Source of the DNA: Vicugna vicugna
Taxonomy: Eukaryota
Assembly (NCBI GenBank): GCA_013265495.1
Contig: MU058718.1
Span: 2,441,779 to 2,505,778, forward strand
Length of the DNA stretch: 64,000 bases
Direction: 5' to 3'
Shown: positions 22,481 through 35,440 of the stretch, in pieces
Layout: each line of letters begins with the position of its first letter
Position numbering within the stretch: the stretch's first letter is position 1
The notes under the pieces: generated by a model
Seen by the model: the letters and a program-made list of their open reading frames with translations, nothing else
What the model was told of the DNA's origin: nothing
The model's database searches: none
Position numbers and translations under genes: made by a program

Positions 22481-25097
22481 TGGCTGAAATCTAGCCTCTA
22501 ACTCTGCTCCTTAAGCTGTGAGCCCTATTGTGATCTGCATTTGTGCAAAGAAAAGTGTGTTCTTTTCAATTCATACGGGGTATGCGTATAGGCTAAGTTT
22601 CCCATTCTCACCCCTTCTCATTTCTGTTGCTTTTAGGGAAAATGGGAATGGAAATGAGCAGGTCTCTTATGGCAACCTCAGTTCTGGTTATGCCCTTCCA
22701 AAATGTGAAGTTTTGAAATTCCAGAAAACTTATAAGGCAAATGAACTGAAAAGAGCAGCACTAGTCCATTAAAAAAATGAATGTGATATCATGATACATT
22801 AAGTCTATATTTTAATAATAATTTTGTAAAACAAAATAAAAACATCAACCTGAGATGTTTATATGTCTAATTAATTCAAGGCAGTACTGAGAGGCAAGTA
22901 GCAAGACAAAGGGGCCGGAATATAGAATAGATGCTCTCTGAAGAGTGACAGACAAATTTTCTCCAAAATTTCACAAGCATGTTCAGTGACCATTTATAAA
23001 CCTTCCTGGTTTTGGGATGATGGGAGCCAAAAGAGTAGAAAACTTAGTAAGTAGTTAGGACCTCTGCTAAAGCTAGAGACCAGGCTGCCTCATCTACTGT
23101 GGTCCTTGCAGCCTGGCCCTTAATAGACATATCCTTGTTTAGAATATTTCTTTACTTATTTAAATCACTTTATTTATAAACATTTGGGCCCCCAAACAAG
23201 TAACTCCTGCAGTACGTTTGAACTAAAGGAAGCGCAGCTGGATCTGACTCAAAACAACTTTGTAGTTACATATTTCCCATGAATTAGTAAATTAGGGTAA
23301 ATGATATGAAACAGAAGGAGAACAATGCTGAAGCCTCTAGTGCCTTTTCCAGTTGTTTATCTTCTGGAGATATTTCTAGGTAGCATGTATACTTGTACAT
23401 TTATGAAAGTTCACAGCAGTTTAAGGTAATCTATAAATTTCCGATTAGACATACCTAGATGTGAAAGGAGGAGATCTGCAAAAAAGGCCTCTTTCATAAT
23501 TTTTTCTTCCTCCTTAATGTATGTGTCTGTATCCAGGGTTCTTGCTCTCTGCCCAGCTTCACTTCATCGGGATAGTCCCCTGATGGCTAAAGTCACTGTA
23601 AGCGGGCAAGTATGTGCTCCTTCACATTAGGCCCCTTCTGTTCTTTTCTTTCCCAGCTGTGGCCTGTGGGTCTGGCATCTGAAAGGGAAAATGAAAAGCT
23701 CTAAGGGCAGCCCCCTTGCCTCTCCAACTGTTCTATCTGAAAGTCAAGTTTATGGTAAAAGCTATATCCTGACTCTTTTAGGGCCCAAGATTTTAGAAAT
23801 TCACAGGTCTTTTTCCCCCAGAACTCCAGGCTCTAACATAAGTTTCAAAATCCTAAGTAGAAACTCCAAAGCCAGGCCTTACTTTCTTTGTTTCCTGGCT
23901 CTTAGTGTTACATCCCTTCCCTAAGGCAAAGGTAGAAAAGCCCCGTCTGTTCCGGGGGATGGGCCACAAGTGCAAGGCTTCAGAAGAGTTGATACCATGT
24001 TGAATATTATAATAACTAAAAATATTTTTGTAACAACTAATACCCTTCATAATCTGACCAGGCCTGCTTTTCTTTTTTAACCTTATCACTTAATCCCTTC
24101 CTTCCCTCACTCCCCACCCCCTCCCCGGCCTGCCTGCCCCCTCACGGTTTATCCTGTGGTCAGCTGTACAGGACAGTTTTTTGTTTCCTAAGTGTGCTAT
24201 GCACATTCATGCCTCTATTCTTTGCTCATGCTGACTCTTCCTAGAATGTTCTTTTACCCTCTTATCTCTCCACTGCTGAAAGCTTGCTTATTCTTCAAGG
24301 CTCAGCTTGTACATGACTTCTTTGGAGAGAAACCTTCTGGCCTGTACTTGGGTTCTTCCTCTATGCTTTGCCAGCATGTTGTTCCTACTGTTTTTTTTTT
24401 TTTCTCAAAGGGCTTGTATCATATCATTTATGGCCAACTCAATAACTGTGGGTCTTCCCAAATAGAAGTGACCCCCTAGAGAGATGGAACATTGTTCTGG
24501 GCATCTTTGAATCCTTAGTGTCTAGCATAGTGACCAGCCTGTAGGAAGCATTCTATAAATAGAGAATACTTAAGTAAATTAAAGTATGAATGGGGAAAAA
24601 AGTGGAGAAGTCTGGGGGAGGAACAAATTTAAATAAGGGGATGGTGATAATAAATTAGATTTCAGATGCATTAAATTTGAGGGGACATTCGGGTAAAGAT
24701 TGTCCATCATCTGAACTATCCCTGATATCCCTCCTGGAGTCACAATGTGTCCTGGAATGATGCTAATTGGACCTGTTTGCGGTTGGAACTGTGTCAGTTA
24801 GGTTGTGGCAGGAGAGAGATACTACACTTATGTGGGAAAATTGAAGAGGGGCTAATGGACTATTTACAAAGATGTCAGGGGAAAATATCAGGGTTGTTGA
24901 AGCACATCCTAGCAGTACCTTTCCTGGTCCTGAAAAATCAAGGAGTGGTTACTGGAATTTACAGTAATGGAGCTGGAGTTGTGCTTGTGGCTGTAGCTAT
25001 GGGAGAAGCTGCTGGAGAGAAGCTGTGGTCTTTGGTGGAGGGATGCAGCTGAGACAGGAGGGAAGCGGGCAGGGCACAACCATTGAAAGAATGACAC

Positions 25098-25556
25098 TGT
25101 GATTAGCACCAAGATGGCAGAAGGTTCAACTCCCAGTAGACCCCGAGCTTCATTATACACTCGTTGTAGTGTGTTAGCATAGTGAATGGCACTCCCACAG
25201 TGCCATGACAGTTACGAGGCTGACCATAAAAGGTCAAAAAGTGAGTGATGGCGCAATTCCTGGGAATCCCAGCCCCTTCCCCAAAGTAGTTGGAATAACC
25301 CTCTCACTTGTTAGTGTAGAAGTTACTGAGCCCATAAAACTCACAACCCCATACCTCATGTCTCTCTCTTGCCTTTCTGAGATGGCCTACACTCTGTGTA
25401 TGGAGTATGTATCTCTCTGAATAAATCTGCCTTTGCTTGCTCTTGAATTCTTTCCTACAAGAAGCCAAGGACCCTCACTTGGCAGAGCACGTTCCAGGGA
25501 CTCATCTGAGACCTGGAACGTGGTCATCCTCTTGTGTCCAATTTTTCCTTTATCAC
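25098..25556 (+). mobile_element. ERV1-class solo LTR, nested in an older LTR-like sequence (~24790-25700)
   Basis: Terminal tgtgat...atcaca inverted hexamer, caagatggcag near the 5' end, cataaaa TATA-like, AATAAA at 25420-25425 followed by gaattctttcct...agccaaggaccctc typical of ERV1 U5. TSD not clean. Confidence 0.65.
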
Positions 25557-28500
25557 AGCTGCTGCCAGCCTGCAGCCACACAGGAAGGAGCTGGAGGAAT
25601 GAATATACTGTTTTTCTCTTTCCTATCTACCCCCAAACTCTTGCCATTCCTTCTTGTTGGCCTAACCCAACTGGAAATCAGTGGGTAAAGGTTCCTGTTT
25701 AATATATCCATGGCGAGTGGATCTGGAGGGCACACTGAGACCATCTGGCATGGAGGCTCTCTAAATCAGGTCACCACAGCTGCTTTGCAGCCCTTCTATG
25801 TGCTGTCCTTAATGGAGCTTGCATCTTGACGATAGGCCATTAACGCTTCCAGAGCTCAGGCTGGACAGACAAGGTGATTAACTACAAAGCAGGGATGCAT
25901 TGTAATTGAGTACGGAAGCTAGAATTCAGAGCTGGCTAGAGAAACAATACCAAGCGTAAGTCTAGGAATGAGACCATCAGAGGAAGGGGGTGAAGGAGTT
26001 AGAATGAGAGCAGGAATAAGCAGGATGCAGAGGGCTGGAGGGATGGAGGTGTCTGGTTCTGGGAGGAAGAACAAAGGAGATGAAGTTGACACAGGTGAGC
26101 TCCTACCCGAGCAGGCATCACAGCAGGGTGAAAAGAGGTGCCCGCCTGCTCACTTCACTGTGCCAGGCCAGTCCCAACACGACTTTTGTTGACTTTCCTT
26201 TGATTGTTTCAAATAATTACCACAATTCTTAAGTTTCTACCTCGAGCCCAACCGACCTTTTTCAGCACTGGGCTTGGCTTTTCCTTCACCAGCATGATTG
26301 AGGTCATTGGAAGTAGGCTTGCTCGACCTGCCCCCGCTACCTCACTTCCTGTCTTCCCTTCCTCTTGTCACAGAGAGAAAGTTATCTTTCCCTCTCTCTA
26401 TGGCTCTCTGAGCCTTTCCCTGCATCCTTAATCTCTTTATCCCTGCCCCCCGCACCCCTCCATAAAAAGGCTTTGGTACTTCAGCTGTCTTCTCTCTTGA
26501 ACATTTCCCACTAACTTTCCTCTACGTGAGTTAGTCAGCCTGAAAAACAAAATCATAAACTGATCACTCTTTTCCAGCTACTGTCCTCTCTCTTCTCACC
26601 TTGGGCACCAAAATCTTGGAAAAAGTAGTTTAAGGTCGTTGCTTCCCAGTCCTACCACCTAATCCCTCTTTATGCCCCCGTGTTTGGGTTTCTTTGACCC
26701 TGCTCTGGTGAACACGTGCTCTTGAAGTCTCCAGGGACCAGCTAATCATCAACTCAAAAAAAATGTTTTCTCAGCCAGGGGCTGTGGGTTTTCTCAGAGA
26801 TTTATAATCGTAAGCAGTCTTTGCCTTCTTAAAACTCCTCCCTCCATGTCCATGACCTTGTATTCTCCTGGATGTCTACCCACTTCTCCCACAGTCCCTC
26901 CACCTTCTCCCCCAACATTGGGCAGGGTGCAGCTCTGAGATCAGACTTCCTGGGTTCAAATCCTGACTCAGGCACTTCCTATCTGTGCAGTGTCAGGCAA
27001 TCATTGGAGCCTGCTGTACCTTGGTTTCCTCGTCTGTTAAACAGAAATGGGAATGACCCAATTATATGCTACCTTTTCTGTGAGGTGCTCCCAGGTCCCT
27101 CAGGCCAAAGCTGATTTCTCCTCCAGGGAAGTCCTCCTCTTTCTCTCATTCTCCTGGCATATTCTGCCTTTTATAATAATTATTCAATTCTATGATTCAT
27201 CTCTCTTGCAATATTTTAAGTTCTTTGATCACCTAGGAAGTGTTGAGTAGTAGGTGGTCATGAATACAGTAATATGGGGCCAGGTATTCTAATCCAGTGA
27301 GGAAACTATCATGTTAGATTCAGTGGAAATATCTTTATAAAAAATATAGATGATCTCAAGAGAACACTGAACAGAGTTCACTTAGATGATTCTGAAATAA
27401 GGCTACATGGGAAAAGCAAAAGAATAAGCACATGGATTCTTCTTATTTTTTTTTCCTTTGTATGGAAAGTTTTAATGAGTTGTGAGCCATTGACCATTAC
27501 AGACCTTAAACTTTAATATTTCTTCTTTCCTATGTAAAACCAGATAATTAAACCAGCTTATCTCGTTTGACAGAAGATCATAATATGAATAAGAGTAATA
27601 GTAATGTTTCCTTACCCATCTGCATGCTTCACTAAAGTTAAGAACCAAAGCAAGTGCTCCTGGTTTTCCAAGTCAACAAAGCAAATTCAATCACACATTC
27701 TTTCCTGATCATAGTTTCAGCTGAAATACAACAAATACAACTTTCCATAGCACTTTTTATCCATAGTACCAGCACTTTCACGTTATTTTCTTCTTTACTG
27801 CCACTATCCTTGTGAGGTAGTAAAGGGAGGGAACAAGGAATTTTTTTTTTTCAGATGAGAAAACTTAAGCTGAATTTAGATCAGTGGTTCTCGATCTTAG
27901 CAGCATATTGAACTCACCTTAACAAGTTTTTAAAAATCCTAATGGCCATGTTATATCCCAGATCAACATCAGAATCTTAGGGTGGGGATTCTTCATATGT
28001 TTTTAATGAATACGAAACACTGGAAAAATATATAGAAAACTGGAAACTTCAGAAAAGCTATTTGATTTTAACATGCACAGGAATGAATTGCTGAGTTGGA
28101 GTTGTTTAGGGAACTGAACAAGTGAAAAAGGAACACTTATCTATTGAGTCCATACCTGTCCTCAGAACCTCAGGAAACAACTGAGAGAGTTTGAATTTGG
28201 CTCACTAGGAGAGAAGGAAAGAGGGATAATGGTACAAACCTTGCTCACGGTGGGTCTTTGTTAAATATGAGTGAACAAATGAATTAAGAAATGAATTATC
28301 AGGGTAAAATCTTATTGCTTTAAGATCTCCATATTCAACAAGAGTCAGTTGAATTTGATTCATTTACCTATGTGGCTTTGACAGTGAACTCTTTCCACTC
28401 TGTAAATATTTGTCACTGATGCACATTTTCTCCTCAATGTTCCCTTTTTCTCCTGGGTCCTTTCAAGATACTGCCAGAGTCTTCTTCCTGTTTCTCTAGG

Positions 28501-29439
28501 TACCCATTCTCAGTTTCTCTCCCTCAGCATTTCATTCTTGGAGTGCATCTCTTCTTTTGCTCTCTATATCCTCTCTACATGATCCATCCATCCACGGCCA
28601 TGATCTCAACTCTTCTTCTTATGCTGATAACTCTCAAATATGCATTTGCAGGCTGGAGACCCACGTATCCAACCAACTACTTGGAGCCTTCACATCTCAC
28701 TTGTCAGGCTGAGCTGAACTCATCGGCTTCTACCAACCAGCATGTGACTGAGATATGTGAACCTCTTAGCTCGCTATTAATTTGTCCCTCCACATCCTTT
28801 TCAGTAAAATTTATACCATGTAACATATTTGTTTCAGGTGTGCAACATAATGATTTGTATATGTTGCAAAATGATCACTACAGTAAGTTTCGTTAACACC
28901 CTCAACCTTTATTTAGAAGAGAGGGTGAGAGCTTTTGAGTGGGAGTGTAGAGAATGAGTTGTTAGTGCTTGAAAACCCCAGCTTCTCTTCTGTTTTCCTG
29001 ACCAAATCAGCTTGGTCCCAAACTTGGATATCCTGTTAAGAAAAACAAAACCCATGTGGCTAATCAGAACCTCCCTCCTTAGAGGGTCAGTCTAGTGAGT
29101 TGTCACCTTTACTAGGAGTTTATCAGAGTATCCTGTACAACTACATGTAGTAATCTCTTTGATAGAGGTTCTGAGGACAGTTTCCTCCATCTCCTTGTAT
29201 TTCTAGTGATGTTTAAGTTATGGATAAGTCCTCCAGGAAGGCGCCCACCTCTTATGGCTCTGCCCTAACTCAAGGCTCACTTTCCTGCAGAATTAGCAAT
29301 CTACGTAAATGGTACCACATCTCATATTTTTCCAAGCCAGAACACCAGATAGTATCCTTATTTCTCCTTTCTCTTACTCAATCACCAAGTCAGATCTGCT
29401 TCTTAATTTCTAAAATTAGTCAGCTTTCTTATTTCAAAT

Positions 29440-30180
29440 AATTTATCCATTGAGTCGCTCCAGTTCTTGTGCAGAGAGTGATAACATCTGTGCGTAATGA
29501 CAGTTCTGTTTCCCTCCAATCAGTATGCCTTTTTATCTTTTCCTCGGACATCTAGTAAAATGTTAAATGGAAATAGTGATAGCAAGCATCTTGTTTCCTT
29601 TTTGAAACTGGAAATATTTCCAATGATTCATCATAGAGTATAATGTTTGTGCTAGGTTTTTCGTAGATCCTCTTTATTAAGTAAGGAAATTGCCGTGTAT
29701 TTTTAGCCTGCCAAGAAATTTTATAAAAAGCCATACATCTTTTATCAAGTATTTTCCCTAAATATCTTGCAAAGATCATATTTTTTTGACCCACATAAAT
29801 TGGAAAGAATCATGCTTCTCTATTCACTCAGAGGCTGTTATGCATTTTTCTTTTGTCATACTGTCTAGGTTTAGTACCAAGCATTTAGTTGCCTCATAAC
29901 ATGAAGTGGGCAAGTTGACCCTCTTTTTTGACTTGCTGGAACAAGTTTGTATAAGGTTGAGATTATGTGTTTCTTAAGGTTTTGCTAGAACTCACCTATA
30001 AAACTGACTGGACCTAATGTTTGTTTATTTCACTTTATTTTTGGAAGGTAGATTTTAATTTCCTTGAATAGCTATGGGCCTATTCAGGGTTTCTTCATGA
30101 GTCTGCTCTGACCAGTTTTCATAGAAATTGCTCCTGAATCCAAGTTTTCAAATTTATAAAGATAAAATTTTTCTTAGTGG
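29440..30180 (-). mobile_element. Degenerate old L1M ORF2 fragment
   Basis: Minus-strand peptide YLIKRIYEKPSTNIILYDESLEIFP is the L1 RT-domain signature (IYEKPTANIILNGE-like). Confidence 0.75.
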
Positions 30181-30219
30181 CTTTCTCTCTCTGAATGTGA
30201 TGCAACTGACTTCTTTAAC

Positions 30220-30520
30220 TGCTCAGTACTCTTCAAAAGTGTCAGGGTCAGAAAAGACATGGAAAGACTAAGGAAATATCACAGATTGGAGGAGACTGAG
30301 GGAAAAAATAATAGCTAAATGCAGTTTGGGGGCCTTGATAGGCTCCTGGAACAGAAAAAGTGGCAAAACAAGTGAGATTTGAATAAGGTCTGCAGTTCAG
30401 TTAATAGTCTTGTGCCATCGGTAGTTTCTTATTTTTAATCATTATACTATGGTTATGTAACTTGAGGAGAAGCTGAGTGAACTTTACTGTAAGTCTAAAG
30501 TTAGTTTACAGTAAAAAGTT
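30220..30520 (+). mobile_element. L1MC/MD-like 3' UTR fragment
   Basis: ctcttcaaaagtgtcagggtcagaaaagacatggaaagactaagg...ctcctggaacagaaaaag. Confidence 0.6.
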
Positions 30521-30974
30521 TTTTTTTAAAAAAAAAAAGATCATTCTGGTATATGTGTAGAAAATAGATTGGGGATGGCAACAGACTGGACACACGGAAT
30601 GTACGTAGCAGTTCAGGAAAGGTGGTTTGGGAGAGTAAGGATGGTAGCAGGAAAGGTGAGAAGTGGTTCATTAGTTTGTAAAACTACCATGTCTGTACCT
30701 CTGTCTCATTTTTTGATTCCTAATATTGTTTATTTTACTGTCTCCCTTTTTAAATAAATAAATCTTACTGAAGTTTCATTGACTCTATTAGCCTTTTCAA
30801 GGAACTAACTTTTGAAAAAATTTCTTCTAAGTTTTTTCTTTGTTCTCTAGTACATTTGTTTCTGTTCTTTATTTTCTCAGTAGATACTTGTTGAGCTCTT
30901 ATTATATTCCTGGCATTTCCCAGGCACTAGAAATAAATTAGTGAACAAAACTGACCGAGATTCTTGTCATCAAA

Positions 30975-32848
30975 CCCGTCAAGTCTTCAAGTCAGATGAG
31001 CCCAGCAGCAGTGCCTAGTAAGAAGGAAATGGGACATTTGGGATCAAGTCCAGCTAGGACCAGAGGGCATGAATCAGCTGCCTGAATAGATCCTCCGGAG
31101 CCCCATGACCCCCCGCAGCTGCACCAGTGCTCCTGCCCCAGCTTATACTGGTGGCTCTATGGAGAGAGCCTCATCACTAGCCAAAAGAGGAGGCATAATC
31201 CCAGGCTTGCTTTGCAGGTGAATTGGCTTGGAATATTGTGTAAGCTGGAAATTATAGCCACATTCAGGAGTGGCCTTGAAAGACAGTGCAGTGAAAATCC
31301 GCCCAGTGGCTGGAACTATGAGAGGTGCATCTGATCATCTACTTTGTGCTGAACTGGCCCGAGTTGAAGATGCACAGACACTCCTGTGCAGTGGCCAATG
31401 GCCTGGCTGTTTGGACAGGAAAGGTACTGGAACATCAGACACAAGGAAAGCTGGTGTAGAGATGTATGGATGGACTGATGGGAGTGGGCATAAAATGTGA
31501 TAATCTTTGTGTCACATGTAACGCCCGCCAGAAAGCATCCACCAAGGAGGAGACTCAGAGCAACCAAGCAGACAGATTGACTCAGCCAGTTGGCATTAGG
31601 CAGCCTTCACCCTCAGCCACCGTGGAACTGGCATGATGTGCACATGAGTGGAGTGGCCACAGTGATCGAGACGGAGGCTACTGACCTGATTTAGCCTCTG
31701 CAACCTCAGAAAGTCTGACCTTCTAGTGAGAGAGAACAGTAGTGAGCGCCTGGCCACAGTACTATTCCTCGAGAAGCCCAGTCAGCCACCTGGTGCAAGT
31801 CAGTTACTCTAGGCTCCCTTCATCCTGGAAGGATCAGCGATTGGTTTTCACAGGGATAGATGCTTCCTCTGCACAGGCTTTGCCTTTCCTGCCCATGGAG
31901 CGAGACTCAACCAGCAGCATCATCTAGGCACTTACAGAATTTTCCATCTATAGGCATGGGATCCCACACAGCACAGGGGACTCAGTTCACAGTAAAGGAC
32001 AAGTAGGAGTAAAGCCATACCCGTGGGATCCATTTCTTATACCCAGGGCCAAGCAGGCAAGAAAAGGTGCCGCTGTCTCGGCGGGCGGTAGAGCTTCTGT
32101 TACACGAACAGGCAAGAGGAATATGTGTGGCTTTAGATGATCCACTAGAGAGCCCCTGGGTGCTCCCCTGCTCTTTGTAACTGTGGGTGGACACGTGCAG
32201 CAAATACCAAGCTGGGAAGACGCCTTAGGAATGAAGGTTTGGGTCACACCACCAGAAGAGCCACCGAGACCTGCTGAGGTGATAGCTGAAGGTGAGGGAA
32301 ATTTAGACTGGATAATGGAGGAAGGAGATCATGAGTGCCAGTTATGGCCCAGTAGCAACTCCAACAATTCCCCCTCCTCTAAGTCTTCTCTTAAGACTGG
32401 GAAACAACCTTAATGTCCATTGACAGATGAATAAAGAAGATGTGTTACGTATGTACATATATACATATATACACACACACAGTGGAATATTAGCTATAAA
32501 ATGAATAAAATAATGCCATTTGCAGCAACATGGATGGACCTAGAGATGATCATTTTAAGTGAGGTAAGTCAGAGAAAGACAAATATCATAGGATATCTCT
32601 TATATGTGGAACTAAAAAAAAATGATACAAATTTTATCTACAAACTGGAAATAGACTCATGGACATAGAAAACAAACTATGGTTACCAAAGGAGAAAGGA
32701 GGGGAAGGGATAAATTAGAAGTTTGGGATTAACAGGTACACACTACTATATATAAAATAGATAAACAACAAGGACCTATTGTATGTATATCCCAGGGAAC
32801 TGTATTCAGTTTGTTGTAATAATCTATAATGGAAAAGAATCTGAATAA

Positions 32849-32881
<33 letters not shown>

Positions 32882-33086
32882 TATGTATGTATATGTATAA
32901 CTGAATTGCTTTGCTGTATACCTGAAACTAACATTGTAAATCAACTACACTTCAATAAAAACAAAAAACCCCCCAAAATCTTAAATTTAAAAAACAAACA
33001 GAAAGACTAGGAGCCACGAGAACCATGGAAGAGCTGCTCCCCAAACTTATGTGGAAAAGTAGATTTATGCAGCTTAAGGGGTGGAC
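30975..33086 (+). mobile_element. ERVL-class internal remnant (RNase H/integrase; HERV16/ERV3-16A3-like) ending in a polypurine tract
   Basis: gagcccagcagcagtgcctagtaagaaggaaatgggacatttgggatcaag resembles ERVL AQQQSIIRWKWYI; QRLVFTGIDASS-GFAFPA integrase motif at ~31837-31895; PPT aaggggtggac at 33076-33086. Confidence 0.75.
32400..33002 (+). mobile_element. L1 3' end inserted in the ERVL internal region; contains (CA)n at ~32855-32881
   Basis: aatgccatttgcagcaacatggatggacctagag...aactacacttcaataaaa; flanks aagactgg (32393) / aagactag (33003). Confidence 0.85.
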
Positions 33087-33503
33087 TTAAGCTGCCATGG
33101 AAATGGGCCACTCAGATCTCCAGCTGTGGGGAGAGTAACTGACTAACACCCCTTTATATCCACCACCATGTTCACACAGAGGCCTTGTTTCGCCTGGGCT
33201 ATTCCAGCTGCCATGGAGTGCAAGTGGGTACTAGTGCAGACCCATTCCTGTAGGTCATGGACTAACTAATGGACAACTTTGGCTCAAGGACTCCCCATCA
33301 ACCTGGTCAAACTTTCTTCGAACTGTGTTGCAGTTTGAGACTCTTCCTACTCAAACCCCCTCCCTTCCTCCTCTTCTCATAGGTGTCATCCTGATCTGAA
33401 GCGTCTCAGCCTACTCCTGCTTCCTTTATGCTTCAAAACCTATAAATCTCTTACTCATCTAATCCCACCCTGGCATCTGCTTCTTGGAGGACCGTAAGTA
33501 ACA
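33087..33503 (+). mobile_element. 3' LTR of the ERVL element (LTR16B/ERV3-16A3_LTR-like)
   Basis: Starts directly after the PPT; ends tggcatctgcttcttggaggaccgtaagtaaca. Confidence 0.7.
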
Positions 33504-33504
33504 C

Positions 33505-34190
33505 TTGGTATGTAAAGCTCTAAGACTGAGTGAGATGGTCAAGGTTGTGAGTACAGATAGAAATCAGAAGGGAACGGAGCCCTGGGGCTCTCCAGCATTG
33601 AATGAAAAGAGAAGAGAAAATTAACAAAGGAGACTAAGAAGGGGTGGCTGGCGAAAAAGGAAACACCAAGAGCAAATGGTATTCTTGGAACGAAGTAAAG
33701 GAAGTGTACTAAGAAAAGAAATGATTGACCACATCAGGGATGCTGCCAGATCACGTAAACTAAGGATCAGGGATTTCACGAGATGAAGCTTATTGGTGAC
33801 TTTGACAAGAGCAGTTTTAGTGAGGGGCATGGATGACGGCTGATTGAGGTGTGTTAAAGGGATAATACAAAAACCACTTCATGTTTTTGTACCCGGGATT
33901 TTTTTTAAGGAATCAGAGGTGCTAAGTATAGGCAACTTTATTGAGGTGCTAAGTATTGCAACTTTATTTGCAACTTTGTATTGCAAAAAGGAACTGAGAA
34001 ATGGGGCAATCACTGGCAGGAGCACTGAGGTCAACAAAAGTATTCTTAAGATGTTCGAGATAACAGTATATTGGTATGCTGATAGGAGAGACCCAGGAAA
34101 GATTAAAATTTGATGATGTCAGCAGAGAGTGGAGCCCGGCTGGAGTGCTTGTTGAGTAGGTGAGAAAGGATGAGGTCATTGAGCGAGGAG
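33505..34190 (-). mobile_element. L2 LINE fragment
   Basis: ggagccctggggctctccagcatt...ttattggtgactttgacaagagcagttttagtgagg; minus-strand peptide TKTALVKVTNKLHLVKS...LILSLRDLAASL is the L2 RT signature. Confidence 0.75.
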
Positions 34191-34544
34191 CTCTTCGAAG
34201 AGTCTTCTCTCCAATTCCCAGCTTCTCCCAGGCCCAGGCCTCACCCGGGGACAGTTAAACTCAAGTCCCTGAAAAAGGACAGAATTTCCCACCCTTCCAC
34301 AGAGAGCATTGCATCAGCTCAGGAAGTCACCACTACAATTTTCAGTTTGTATTTGATATCTAGCTTTCATAAAGCTAAGGCTTTTGTGATTTTTGGCTAT
34401 CCTTTGAAACTAATTTAAAAACTAGCTATTTCATGTTTTTGTATCTGGAAATTTTTCTGGCTGTCCCAGTCTACCATCTTTCTGGAAACAGGAATCTCAG
34501 GAGTGATTTCTTTCTCAAATACAGATCTGATCAGGGTACATCTT

Positions 34545-35440
34545 CTTTTTTTTTTTTTTTTAAATTGAGTTATAGTCAGTCTACAATACCATGTCAATTT
34601 CTGGTGTACAACACAATTTTTCAGTCATACATGAACATACATACGCTCATCCCCACATTCTTTTTCACCATGAGCTACTACAAGATCTTGAATAGATTTC
34701 CCTGTGCTATACAGTATAAACTTATTTACCTATTCTATATATATATATTTTAAACTTTTTTATTGAGTTATAGTCAGTTTACAATGTATATATCTGTCAG
34801 TATATATAAATCTCAAACTCCCAGTCTGTCCCTACCCACCCTCTTCCCCCTCACAGCCACAAGTTTGTATTCTATGTCTGTGAGTCTGTTTCTGTTTTAT
34901 ATTTAATTTCATTTGTCTTCTCTTTTTTTTTAGATTACACATATGAGTGATATCATGTATTTTTCTTTCTCTTTCTGGCTAACTTCATTTAGAATGACAT
35001 TCTTCAAGGACATCCATGTTGCTGCAAATGGCATTATGTTGTCATTTTTATGGCTGAATAGTATTCCATTGTATAAATATACCACAGCTTCTTTATCCAG
35101 TCATCTGCCGATGGACATTTAGGTTGTTTCCATGTCTTGGGTATTGTAAACAGTGCTGCTATGAACATTGGGGTGCAGTTGTCTTTTTGAATTAGGGTTC
35201 CTTCTGAATTTATGCCCAGGAGTGGGATTGCTGTGTCATATAGTAAGTCTGTTTTTAGTCTTTTGAGGAATCTCCATACTGTTTTCCACAATGGCTGCAC
35301 CAAACTGCATTCCCGCCAACAGTGTAGGAGGGTTCCCTTTTCTCCACGCCCTCTCCAGCATTTATCATTTGTAGACTTTTGAATGATGGCCATTCTGACT
35401 AGTGTGAGGTATCCCTCATTGTAGTTTTGATTTGCATTTC
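34545..35440 (-). mobile_element. Younger 5'-truncated L1 (ORF2 C-terminus and 3' UTR)
   Basis: Peptide ...[30 protein letters not shown]...EYYSAIK; long T tract; perfect TSD tctgatcagggtacatctt at 34526-34544 and 35441-35459. Confidence 0.93.
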
